This document shows, one piece after another, positions 25,824-37,737 of a stretch of 64,000 nt of DNA. Numbering within the stretch: position 1 is the stretch's first letter; each line of letters begins with the position of its first letter. Where the stretch lies: the NCBI GenBank assembly GCA_040285855.1, contig JAUFOQ010000017.1, forward strand, positions 992,001 to 1,056,000, given 5' to 3'. Below the pieces are notes generated by a model that was not told the origin of the DNA, did not search any database, and saw only the letters and a list, made by a program, of their open reading frames with translations. The position numbers were made by a program, and so were the translations under genes. This stretch comes from Eukaryota sp. GEM-RC1 (Eukaryota).

Positions 25824-28361
25824 ATGAGCTTGGCAATATCTGCAGATGAAATGTTTCCCATTTCCAACAACAGAAGGGCGTTTCAGGTCAAACTGATACG
25901 CAATTCCATTGGTATCACTGTGTTTTTTATCATTCTTACTGTTCTTGGACTATTGTTTACTTTGGTAATTTCTCGTCCAAGAGGCTTTCAACGATCTGTC
26001 AACACTCTCGAGGCTGAATTTGATGTTGATTACGTTTTAGACTTCGTTTACCAGATTACCAAACATGGTCCTCATCCCTTTGGTTCTCCCCCCTCAACGA
26101 GAATTCGTTCTTCCCTATGTTTACCATGAAGCCATTCCATCTGTCGTGAGTCTGGCACGATCTCTCAATTGGGAAGCAGACCACAATATCTACTGCCAAG
26201 ACTCTACGTTAAGCATAGAAGGTTCACCCTCAGCATATTACAATGTCTGCAACGGAGTTCTCTCCTTCGCTCCCCCAGGAGTTCCTCTCAAGTCTAAGGG
26301 GATCGTCCTCTCCGCTCATATAGATTCAATCTTTTGGGCCCCCGGTGCCTATGACAACGCCATTAATGCTGGCATGGCTCTTGAACTTTCTCGTTCCATC
26401 ATCAAACACCCTCCCAATCTAATCTCATTCAAACATCCCATCCACGTCATTCTTGGAGATGCGGAAGAACTCGGTCTCTATCTTTCTCATGTCGCCATCA
26501 ACACTATCCCTGAGAAACTAGGCGTAGTAATTAACTTGGAAGCTGCTGGATGGGGAGGGAAGTCTGTATTGTTTAGGTGGACTCCAGAACACCAATCTTC
26601 TCTACTAAAACACGCACGTAAAGCTTCTGATGTGTTGATTGCTGGTATAGGTACGGATATCTTCGCTTCTGGAATCGTGGGATCCATGACTGACTATTAC
26701 CACTACTCAACTGTTTGTCCCGCCTTAGATTTCTCCTTTGTTGAGAGTTCTGAACGGTATCATACCTATTTCGATCGCTATCCTGAAACCAAACAAGCAG
26801 AAGAGGAAATGAAACAATCTGCTGCTGATACTTTGGTTAACTTGTACGAGATTGTAGAATCAATTGCTTCTGAAGAAGTCCTGGACTTTGATTCTGGCTC
26901 TTCTGGAGCGTTGTTTATCTTACCTATACCTGGAATTGGAATTCTAATGTTCCCGGCAGCATTTTCTAATACTGTGTTGTTATTGGGATTCATTTTGTTG
27001 GTTTTCGTGATTATTAGAAAGGATCATGCAATTAAAAATGATTTGAAATATTCTCACATGAATTGGTTTTTGATTTGCGGTTTTGTTTTTGGTCAAATTT
27101 TACTTCCAATTGTATTGTGTGGAATATTTGGTTTTTTACTTTTTTCCTCAACTCAATGAGTCTTCATGCTTTCCCCATTGTTACAACCACAATGTTCTCT
27201 TTGCTATCAGCTTCGGGACTGTTCTTTGCTCATTTCATGTTGTTCAAGGGTACAAAAGACCGTGTTTTTGTACGTGTTTTAATTTCAAATATTCATTATT
27301 TTGGAATGTTTGTATTAAGCATCGTTTTCAACCTCTTCTCCAACGCAGTGTTCGCTGTTCTCCTCCTAGCTTCCCTCCTCTCCACAATTACTGTCTTCAT
27401 TGACTCTAACCCAACAACTGTTCATAATGAAGCAAAGGAGAATTTACGAGGGTGGAGATTTTCTAGGTTTATTCCCTTTACAATTGCCACTGTTTTCTCA
27501 GTATCAGTATGGGGCCCAGTGTTTTACCTGTTAGTTCAGTTTATGCCGGGTAATATGGCTAGAACTCTACCTGGTTTTCCTGCTGATATTGTTTATGCTG
27601 TTGTTGTTTGCTTTTTGACGTATTTTTTAGTTGGTCCGGTTTTGTCTTTTCTTCAGTCATTTAGAACTAAGTTGTTGTCCTTTCCTTTCTTTGGTTTGGT
27701 TGCTCTTTCAGCAGCTATACCAATGTTTTTATTTTTAGTTTTTTGTAATATTTACTCAGATTCGTCTCCTCTTCGAGTTACTCTTCATCATGAACAGATC
27801 ACTGCTACCAACGAGTCCAGAATTGCTCTTTCATGGCCACACCCGGCTTCTATCGGTGATTTAGAAGAAGAACTTTCAAGCATTGGTTATGAACCCTTTG
27901 CTTGTAGAACTAACATGCCCTTCCTCATGGATGCTGTCTGTGTTAATGTCGAGCCTATAGAAGTATTGAGTCCTGAAATCGTGATTGAGAGGGCTAGTTA
28001 TAATGAAGAGAGTCAGGAGTATAATTATACTATTACAGTATCCTCTGCTGAACCGGAGAGATTGGGTTTTGTGTTTCCGAGTAGTTTAAAGCTGTGGTTT
28101 GATGGGTATTTGGTAGATAATATGCTCGGTGTGAATGCGTTTACTTTGAATATTGGTGATGGTGTCGAAAAATTGAAATATGCTTTTACTATTGGAAATG
28201 TGGAGGAAGATTTCGAAATTACCATTTTGGAGACTTCTTATAGACATTCTCCTGGATTGTTTGAATTGGTTGACAAGCTTCATCCTAGAATAATTCCTTG
28301 GGGCAAGTCTTATCTGCCTGGTGAAGTTGTTACTATTGAAAAGGTTTTGATTCAAAAGTAA
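25824..28361 (+). CDS. M28 metallopeptidase with multi-TM domain (ERMP1/vacuolar membrane protease-like), two homopolymer frameshifts
   Basis: GPHPFGS, LSAHIDS, PGAYDNA, DAEELGL, INLEAAGWGG, TDY, YHTYFD, then about 8 TM helices. Shifts at 26088-26093 (C6) and ~27140-27145 (T run). Confidence 0.85.
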
Positions 28362-28729
28362 AAGTAATAAAGTTTTAGTTTGAAATTTGTTTTGTCGTCA
28401 TTTACGTTGTTATGCTGTAGACATACTCTACATAGCTCAACAAGTAGTGAAAACCACTGTATTACGATTGGATGTACATATCTAATGCCCGTCATTCACG
28501 TTTTACAGTTTCTTTAGAAGAGTTTTCCAATCAGTACCTACTCTTCGTTAGTATTTATCAAGAGACGGAGTTCGTGAAAGATGTTGATGGTGGATTGTAG
28601 TTGACATGTTTTGCCTCAATCTGGACAAAGGAAGAGACTTGGGAAGAAGAACTACGAAGTATGAAGCTGTAGTCTGTTTTTGGTTTTATTTCAGGCTTTA
28701 TTATTTTTTTTGTTTTTATCAATTTTATT

Positions 28730-29340
28730 TATTATAAATGTAATACTAGTAGATCAAACAACTAAAATTTGATATCATTAAAACAACACCCGTCGCTATC
28801 AAATCTTACAACAGCTTTGTCCTCATAAAAGGAAATCACTGCCAATATAGCTTTGGAGATGATTAGGGGAATTGTTTTAAAAACAGTGAAAACGATCCAA
28901 TTCAACTATAACATATGATAAAAACGTTTGTTCATCCTATTTTTTACGATCTTTTCCGAAATCGTTTAAAAAATTCAATCCACTTTTTCTAAACGTCCGT
29001 AAATTGAAACAACAAAATGGCATAATTCGTGTTCAACATCTTTTACATGTTTTAAAGCCATCAATGGTTTCTTGTACTTATCCTGTTTGGCTTGTTCAGA
29101 AATGTCTAAAGGGGAAGTTTCAGAGTAAGCATTCTTTAAAGATGCCTTTTTACAAACATCCACTGATACTACATCAACAACAAACAATTTGTCTGCAGAA
29201 GAAGGGACAACAACGTCGGCTCTCCGTTTACCAAAAAATTGGTTCTGTTTTTCGACATTACAATTATTATTTGGTTCTAACGATCTTAGAAGTGGTACAA
29301 CAAATGACTCTATTTTGTAAGACTAACACTTAGCATGTAT
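28730..29340 (-). mobile_element. CRE-like RLE 3' fragment; second copy of this end at ~63185-63380
   Basis: RRADVVVP..FVVDVVSVDVC..EQAKQDKY..HFVVSIYG. Shares AAACAACTAAAATTTGATATCAT with the copy near 63200. Confidence 0.75.
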
Positions 29341-29429
29341 GGCTTTATTATAACTGGTGAACATTTGTAAATTTATATTGAATGGTAAGCATGACATGAA
29401 GGAAAAACAGAAACACAAATTACTGCGAT

Positions 29430-30870
29430 ATGTCTTCTTCACTCTCTGCATCATCTCAGTCTCTCAACTGTACATCTTGTTCCATTACCGAATCCATTAA
29501 TGTTTCTTCTAGTACCACTGACTTCCAACAAACACTAATCTTATCGATCCATCTTCATTTGATACGTCGTCTATGCAAATCTTCAATTGTAGTTAACTCT
29601 GATGATTCTCCACCATCTATCCGATTTTTGACACAAAAACTCCATACATTCATTCAAAACATTGGCTATGTCAGCCGTCATTTCCTTGAATCATCGTTCT
29701 CCGCGATTAGGGTATTTTTAGAAAGCAACACGTTTCCTATAGATTCTGAAGACCTCAACCGACTTTTTTTCCATTGCTTCTCTCTTTGGTGCAAATATCG
29801 AGTCTGTTTTTTTACATGTGACTGGTTATTTTGACATTGATGAATTACTGAGATATTATAATGTAGTTTCAGGATTGAAGGTTAGACTCAGCAATCACAA
29901 TTACTTGAAATTCCTTGATCAATCATCTCAGTTCTGTTTTCGAAATCTAAAACATCTTGATGTTGATGTTGACTCTTTGATTTTAATGGACTTTATGGAA
30001 GTGTTGAAGTATAATTGCTCAATTACTCAACATGATCTATGGGGTAATTCTCTTGGTGATTCTGGTGCCAGAGTATTATCTAAAGTTTTGACTGACAATT
30101 TTTCAATTAGATCGATTTCTCTCGGGTATAACTCTATTGGTATTGAAGGAGCCAGAGCTTTGTCTGAGACATTTCATGTTAATTCTACTATTACTGTGAT
30201 TGATCTTGGGGATAACAGTATCGATGTAGAAGGTGCCATGGCTTTGACTGATGCTTTGAAAGTAAATTCTTCAATTTCTAAAATTGATCTATGGTGTAAC
30301 TCTATTGGCGATGTAGGAGTTGTGGCACTTTCAGAGGCGTTGAAGGTTAATTCTGCAATTACCAATATTAATCTTTGTGAAAACTCTATTAATGATGTAG
30401 GAGTTGTGGCACTGTCAGAGGCGTTGAAGGTTAATTCTACAATTACCATTATTAATCTTTGTGAGAACTCTATTACTGATGTAGGAGTTGTGGCACTGTC
30501 AGAGGCGTTGAAGGTTAATTCTACAATTGTATGTATTGATCTACAAAGCAACAATTTTGGTCATCAAGGCGTTGACGTATTGGCTGACGCGTTGACAGTT
30601 AATTGTGCACTATCTGAACTTTATCTAGGAGCTAACTCCATCGATAATCAAGGTGCAATTGCTTGGGCTCAAACACTCAAAATTAATTGTTCAATTACTA
30701 GAATTATTATGTATCATAATTCTATTGGGAATGAAGGTGCTTTGAGATTGGTCGAAGCGTTGATGGTTAATACATCAATTATCGAACTTAATCTTGGTTG
30801 GAATCCGATCGACTCTGAAACAGAGAAACTCATTACCAATATCTCGAATAATCGTGTCAAGTTTAGCTAA
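29430..30870 (+). CDS. Ribonuclease-inhibitor-like (NLRC3-type) 28-aa LRR protein, one frameshift at T7 29807-29813
   Basis: Repeats of NSIGDVGVVALSEALKVNSTITxINL. N-terminal ORF 29430-29834 overlaps 29818-30870. Confidence 0.8.
30298..30549 (+). repeat. Three near-identical 84-bp LRR-encoding tandem units
   Basis: AACTCTATT...GATGTAGGAGTTGTGGCACT.TCAGAGGCGTTGAAGGTTAATTCT recurs at 30298, 30382 and 30466. Confidence 0.9.
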
Positions 30871-31451
30871 GACCTCAATGAAATTTAATATCCATCTATT
30901 GTAGACGCAAATAGATGGCATACATTCTAGCGAAAGATATTGAAGATGATTCATATGTTTCCTGTTTTTTAATCAGTGTTTTAGAACTTTAATAAAATTG
31001 TACATGGCATTTGAATTGAGATAGTAGTTGATTCTTGTCGCAGTTCTAATATCTTCACATGATCAGTGTTTATTGATTAGTCTTTATTTGTCAATGTACA
31101 ATTGGTGTTCCAGACTCTACTACGTGTACATAATTTCTAGCTAATCTGTTGTTTAATCAGAGTAACACTAATGAGTTGTTAAATACTGATTATTAATAAA
31201 TCATTAAACTGTACTATTGGGAACAACTATTTACAAGCAGTTTGAAATTCATATCCTTAGCTTTTTGCCTGATTTGAATTTACTGTATCACGATCATGTT
31301 GAATCATGTTGATGTTTAATCAAATTAAATAAATTCTGTCTCCAATAAGATAACGTAATTTGTACTTGAATTCAATCCAAGCTGTAAATTGGATCCTCTT
31401 TCCAATGATTCCTCAATCGTAGAAAAGAAAAGCGAATCCACACTCTCAACT

Positions 31452-31719
31452 GTTTCTATTTTTGGTAGTATTGGTGAAATGGCTTCTAAGTTTTTAACTG
31501 AGTTTGGATCTATGTGTAAGTCTCAGAATAAGAGATTTTACTTATTTGGCATAACCGTTTGATTTTTTCTTTGTTCCGCTCGATGCCTAAGTTGTTTAAA
31601 TCAATTTTCCCAAAGATACAAAAAAACTGGTACTGTTGACCAGGAATTTTCGGTGTCTGATGTTTCATAGCTAATATTATGGTGTGTATTTTTGTACCCT
31701 CCATCAATAAACTGTTTTT
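31452..31719 (+). mobile_element. 5'-truncated copy of the 11924-12910 CRE-like family
   Basis: High similarity to 12625-12905. Ends AATAAACTG-TTTTT. 12-bp TSD ACACTCTC(A/T)ACT at 31440-31451 and 31720-31731. Confidence 0.9.
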
Positions 31720-31842
31720 ACACTCTCTACTATTAGTGAAACTTTGAAAGAATTTGTATGTTCCTATCTTAATTCACTACAGTTTGATCAAGAAAAAACA
31801 CGTGTTGAGGTAACTTGACTTCTGTTCAATTCACCACTGTCC

Positions 31843-33614
31843 ATGGCTCCTCTTCCTCCTGCTGAACTTGTCAGTGAATCTGCCATCATTGAGGAGTTCC
31901 GACATCAACACTCTAACTTCTTCAAAATTCAGTCACTATACAATGAAACCGACGGTATTCTTCATGATATATCTAAAAACTACGAGTCATTCGCTTCAAT
32001 AGAAGATCACTTCCTCGATGGTGGAAACGACAATGTCAACACAATTGCCATTGCTTCAATGGAGAGAGAAAACACCCAACGCATTCTCTTCTTCCTTAGT
32101 CGTCTTCTCAAAGACACTGAAATATCACAAACCCTATTAAACTCTGTCAACATGTCCCCAAAGTCTCTCTTCTCAGGGGAAAGCCGATCCACTCTCCTTG
32201 AATACATTTCTCTACTCAAACAACTCTTCTCGTGGAAACCCCCTACTGAATCCGAGGACACCTTTGTTGTTAGAAAGTTCTTCAAAGATCTTTCCTTCAT
32301 CCGCTTTAAGTTCGCTGCTCTCATACATGAATGTGTTCGAACAGTACTTGAGGAGACCTTCCCATCTCTCTCCACCCACAACTCATCTTCTCTCCTTCAA
32401 GATGCTCACAATGTCCTATCTAGCTATTCATCCCTACTCACTCAACTTAGATGGCTTGATGACAAGTCAGTGTTACCATTGTTAGACACGTATTCGAAGC
32501 TTTGTTCGACTATTGTTCGAAAACGTTTATTGTCAAAGTTCCCCATAACAGACTCCACGTCTACAAAGTCTAAGAAAGGAGGCCTTGTAATGGCAAAGGG
32601 TGGTTTACTTAAGAGTTATGATGAGTTTTGTATGTTGATTTGTCAGGAGATTTCTTCTGAACACTCATGGTTCTCGTCGTTTTTTGACCTTGACACGTCA
32701 TCAGATCATATTATCACGTCACATTTGCTTCTGGCGTTTGACGTTTGTAAGGAGATTTTATCAGCTTTTACAAATTCAGTTGTTACTGACGATTCAAAAG
32801 ATACTTTGATTAATTCACCAATGGTGGTTAATTTTCTTTCTCGAACAGAATCTTTTATGGCTAATTATCAAGATTCTGTCAATGCAATTGCTGCTATTCT
32901 GGCCCAACCTCAACTACTTTTGAGCCAGACTTTCAATCAATTACTAGAGAAATACGTGGCTTCAATCAAAAGTCATCGGATTTCAACCAAAAAAGTCGGT
33001 ATTGTGAGCCCTTCGCAAGAACTTCCGAGACTTATCTATTCACTGGCTGTCAATCATGGTGGAACTGCAAAATCGGCATTAAGTTCTATTTTCGACTCCT
33101 TCTCAAAATGGCTGATGACGTCAACTGATTGCAATCGGTCATGTCGAATCGACAATGTAGCTTTTCTCGCAGTTGAATTAAGAAAAGGTTATTCAGACGA
33201 TTTTAACTCTGCTGTTCTTAAATTCATTGAACATTTTGACGTTTTGTTAAAGAAAGAATTAGATTCCTATATTGAATCTTTGCTGTGTTCAACTATATTT
33301 GGAAAAGTTCAAAATTTTTCAAGTCATGCTAATCGACTTTTGTCTGAAATTCACAATTCTGAGCTTAGGTATCAATTTGGGTGTTCTTTTATTGAAATTT
33401 TAGAATTAAAAATGCCTTTCTGAATGAATTTAAAACATCCATTGCTTCTCTGAAAAAACAGATTTGTAATTCTTTCGATTATTATGCAGAAACTATTCTG
33501 AACTTATTGACTGATTTAATTTGTAGTAATTACTCTCAATTTTACGAAATTTTGAAGTCCTGTTATGGAATTGTTTTAGACATACCGGGGGATCAATTCT
33601 CATCGCATCTTTAA
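31843..33614 (+). CDS. Exocyst subunit Sec3/EXOC1-like C-terminal helical protein
   Basis: AHNVLSSYSSLLTQLRWLD and STKKVGIV. After a 1-nt shift near 33398-33401 the frame continues ...YSQFYEILKSCYG... to TAA at 33612-33614, resembling the Sec3 C-terminus. Confidence 0.65.
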
Positions 33615-34459
33615 ATTTTAAATTTTGATCTGTAATTTTTTGAATAATCTATTTGTAAATAAACCCGAGAGAATATTATAACCGGTTTCGATATCCAGAC
33701 TACTCTAGATATACCATCTGCTTTGAAACGCAATGATTTCCTTGATAATCTGCGTGCCGTTTTATTGACGCTGTTCCGAGAGTGACTACCAGTAATTTCC
33801 ACTAAAATATTCCAATTTAGCCTACAAAAATAACATACGTAATAGCATTCAAATGAATTGTTTCTAAATTTTGATTTCTTTTCTAGTGTCCTGGATATCT
33901 ATTGTGAATAACAATGATTCTATTACCAGTAGCATAATGTCATACGCTCATTTTGTACTACCAAAGTACAAGTTTATTCCGTCTCAATATCAATACAATT
34001 AAGTGTTAAAACTGACAGAAATTTCATGATTTCAAGAGAGCTATCATTGTTAACTGGAAGAGCAGGAAACAAATTAAGATCATATCCAATTGTCATGAAA
34101 CCAATTTGTAGGGAATTCCAAACCGAATGTAAAACACAATATACAATGAGTTAATTCACCGCATTTATTCAGACCGTATCAATTTGTTTTATCATTTTCA
34201 AAAAACGGAAGGTAGTATACAGTGTTACATAATTTTCTAAATATTGTATACTGAAGATAATATTTAAATCAATGCACAATTCAAGAAACGGTAATTGTTA
34301 AAGAGATCCTTGTGTACGGCTTCTTTTGAAAGAAGTTTGGATGCTAAAGTAGCTTCTTGTTAGAGAGTCATTTTGGAGTAAAACCGTCATGAATTTTTGA
34401 TTTCATTTTGAGTATGTGAGAATTATTGATTTGGCAAATGAGTATATTTAACATTTATC

Positions 34460-36116
34460 CTAAAGATTAATTCTAGAATTTACTTTCATAATTTGATCCA
34501 ATAATTCAGCTCCATTGGAGTGTTTTGTTAGATTACAATCACTGAAGTCAACAGAAGTCAAAGAATTGTTGATCTTGATTAAATCACACAAAACATTAAT
34601 TGTTTCATCTGCAAAAGACATCGCTTTAGAGTGAGCTTTTGATGTTATAACCCTGAAAAAACCACTGTAGAGATGAAATTTCTTTTGCAGTAATTTTGGT
34701 AGACTGTTCTGGACAAAAACAAAAAACACCATTTTCAACGTCAATTAAATGAGGAGAAATATCGGGATCTATTACAGATTTGTCAACCGAAAGAATTTGA
34801 AATATAACAATAAGTCTTCCTAAACTTAGACTTTTCAATCCACGAAATTCAACTCGTTTAATGGGACTATTTGACTGTAAAGCATTTAACAGTGAAATTA
34901 AATCGCGATAACCGACTTTAAATTGATAACGAATTGGTCCAAGAGAAACATCAATACAATGAGGCGAAATATCAATAAGTGAAATTAATTTTGCACTAAA
35001 CATTGCTTTAAAATATGAGATTAAACTCTTTAAACGCAGTGAGAGTACAAAACTGACACTTCTTAATAATGAACTACTTTCCAGTTCTCTGAAAATGGTT
35101 TTAAACTGGGAAAAACTCAAGGGTACTGAACTAAGATTCAGAACAAGTAACTTGTTATTCTTTTTAAGCATTTTTACCAATGCCTCAACGTCTTGGTCAG
35201 TCAGTGGTTCCTTGCGATAGGGCAAGTCTAATTCTATTAGAGAATTGTTTGTTTCAAGAACTTTGAAAATAGGAGAAAATGAACAGAAATTAGAAGAATA
35301 TATTTTGAGTTTTTTTAAAACCGTATTCAATTTTAAAACATCAACAAAATCATTGACTTCAAAGGTACAACCACGGAAAGTGACTTCTCTAATAACTGAA
35401 TTATTCTTAAGAGCATTCATTAGAGTACAGTCAATGGTACAATTATTAGGAAACGAAAGACTCTGAATTGTGGAACTATTTAGCACTGATAGAAGGATAT
35501 TAGAATTTTGAATTTTTTATCCAGAAATGTCCACCTGTTCAATTACTAAACTATTTGAAATAGCAGAGAACAGAATTATAAAATCTTCATCTTTAGGTGA
35601 GGATCTACAGGCAAGAGAAAGTTTCTTCAAGGTGGTATTTGAACAAAAGACTTCTGCAAGAGAAACTACATTACCAGTAGAAAGAGAATCCATGAACATA
35701 GTTAAATCAACAACAGTAGTATTAGTAATTAATGAATTGCAGAAGAAAGTCAACATTTCCATAGAACTTCTAAAAGAAATAAAAAGACTAGTAAGTCGTG
35801 GCAAGAAAAAAGGAGAAGAATGGTCAAGTAATCGGTGCAATCTCAACTCTTTTCTGACGCTCACTGATCACGACTTGGTTCTGAAACTTCTTGTCGTTTT
35901 GTATGTGACAGAAGTGAATAATATCTTTCTAGAACCAGTGATCTTCTTCAACAAGGCCAAGAAGACGGTTTGTGACTGTTTCTCTACTTCGTTTCTCCCA
36001 TGGTCACTGCTTTGACATCGAGAACAGTACGGTCCCTGAACGAAAATTTGATTCCATATCAGCATCTTTGTAAGAGAACAACGAGAGTTAAGGTGGAAAA
36101 CGAAATTAGGGGACAT
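34460..36116 (-). pseudogene. RI-like LRR protein with two in-frame stops and a frameshift
   Basis: SNTTLKKLSL, LETNNSLIELDL and LKKNNKLLVLNL repeats. In-frame TGA (35868-35870) and TAA (35517-35519) between collinear ORFs; frameshift near 34700. Confidence 0.6.
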
Positions 36117-36739
36117 GCCTAAAAATGGGAGGGGACATGCGTAATAATTCTCATCATTATTATTAATTTATTGAAGATGGAGGTTGTCATTATCCCTTTT
36201 TGAATGATGTTTAGGTATTTTGATTCTAAACCGTCCCTTTGAATTGAGATACACAAACGAGATGATGTAGACATATTGGCATTTCGTTTGTTAATATTGA
36301 TGGTACTATATATTTATATTGGTTTCTTTACCAAAACTGATAATAGTGAATCATCGCCGATTACAAAGTAACAAAATTCATTCCATCAATTATGAAAACA
36401 CTATTAAAAAATATATCATACATGCTATAAACAAGACAATTTGCAAACAAATTGACATTCCCCACTTTGGACACAAAGTTTGGTTGCAGACAATCAATTG
36501 TCGATCTGCCAGTTAAATCTCACATTTTTCTTAAAGTACACTACTAGTATATCGTATCGCTTTAGTGTTTTTTCTAACGAACAAACTGTCTCAATTGTTG
36601 AAAAACACATCCGTGCAATTTTCAAAGTTCGGTTTCCTCTCAAAATTGGAAAAACAACAATGTTATCATCTTTGTGTGTTAAACCTCACGCAAGAGAAAA
36701 CGACATTTTGACACAATCATTTCTTGTGAATATTTCTTA

Positions 36740-36964
36740 CTAAAAGAGTATTGTTGAGGGTTTTTCACCCGTGTGGATAAGCATGTGGTTCCTCAGGCTG
36801 CCATGCGATGAAAAAGTCTAGGATTAGTTTGTGGTTAAACATACTCTCAAACATTCACTGCACTGGAACCTAGTTGAATGCTTGGCGTTTACGTGCTTCC
36901 TTAATCCATCCTTGGTTCCGACAACTTTATCACAGTCCTTACAAGCATACCCTCTTGTGGACAT
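36740..36964 (-). CDS. Two-finger C2H2 zinc-finger protein (65 aa), not in the ORF track
   Basis: MSTRGYACKDCDKVVGTKDGLRKHVNAKHSTRFQCSECLR / TFSSHGSLRNHMLIHTGEKPSTILF* after removing the 36818-36844 intron. Confidence 0.85.
36818..36844 (-). other. 27-nt spliceosomal intron
   Basis: GTATGTTTAACCACAAACTAATCCTAG. It contains an in-frame TAA; removal restores C-x2-C-x12-H-x3-H spacing. Confidence 0.93.
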
Positions 36965-37737
36965 GTGAGAAGAATTAATGCCGGTAGAAAAGTGAATTTC
37001 GTCTGTTACACTTCATTTCCATGTGTGTTGTCAGAATTCTCATTTCTTTTTTTCCTTACATCTTTATCTCTTCAATGTTTCTTCTTTGTGTCTACTATTG
37101 CTGCTACATTTGTCCAATCTGTACTCCCATTCACTGCTTCAATTTAATTTAAATTGGTGTCATTTTGCAAGTAAAAATGTGTATACATATCTTATTTAAT
37201 TACTATTGTCTAGACTCTTGGTGTTTCTCTTCTTGAAATTGCTACAATTTACAAATTTCCTTCATATATCTATCCATATATCCGCCATATTTGGTTAAGT
37301 CCATTAAAGAGTGTTAAGGTCAAGGGCTACTCATTCAAAGTTGATTTTATTACTTGCATATGTCAATGTAGAAGAATCGAGGGCAAAAACGAGATTCTTT
37401 CTCCGGATAACAGTTCTATGTCGAAGCAGGAGGTTGCAGATAATTAATTAATTTGTTTTTGATTGTTGCAAATAGATCTTAAAATATTTTTGTTTAGATA
37501 ATAATTCAAAATGAAGCTATATTAAGCCTTCTTTGACAGAAAACACGTCTAGTTAATGAGATAGCCCAACTCATACGATCCATAATACAAAGTTCTTTCG
37601 CAGTGGCCAATGGTTTATATTAGGCAAATAAGACTGTTGATTCACCAGAAACTCCCGACGTACATTGACTGACATTCCTCACGAGACATGGAGTTTTTAC
37701 AAAGAAAGTAGATTTACTTGAATTTCTAAGTAAGATT

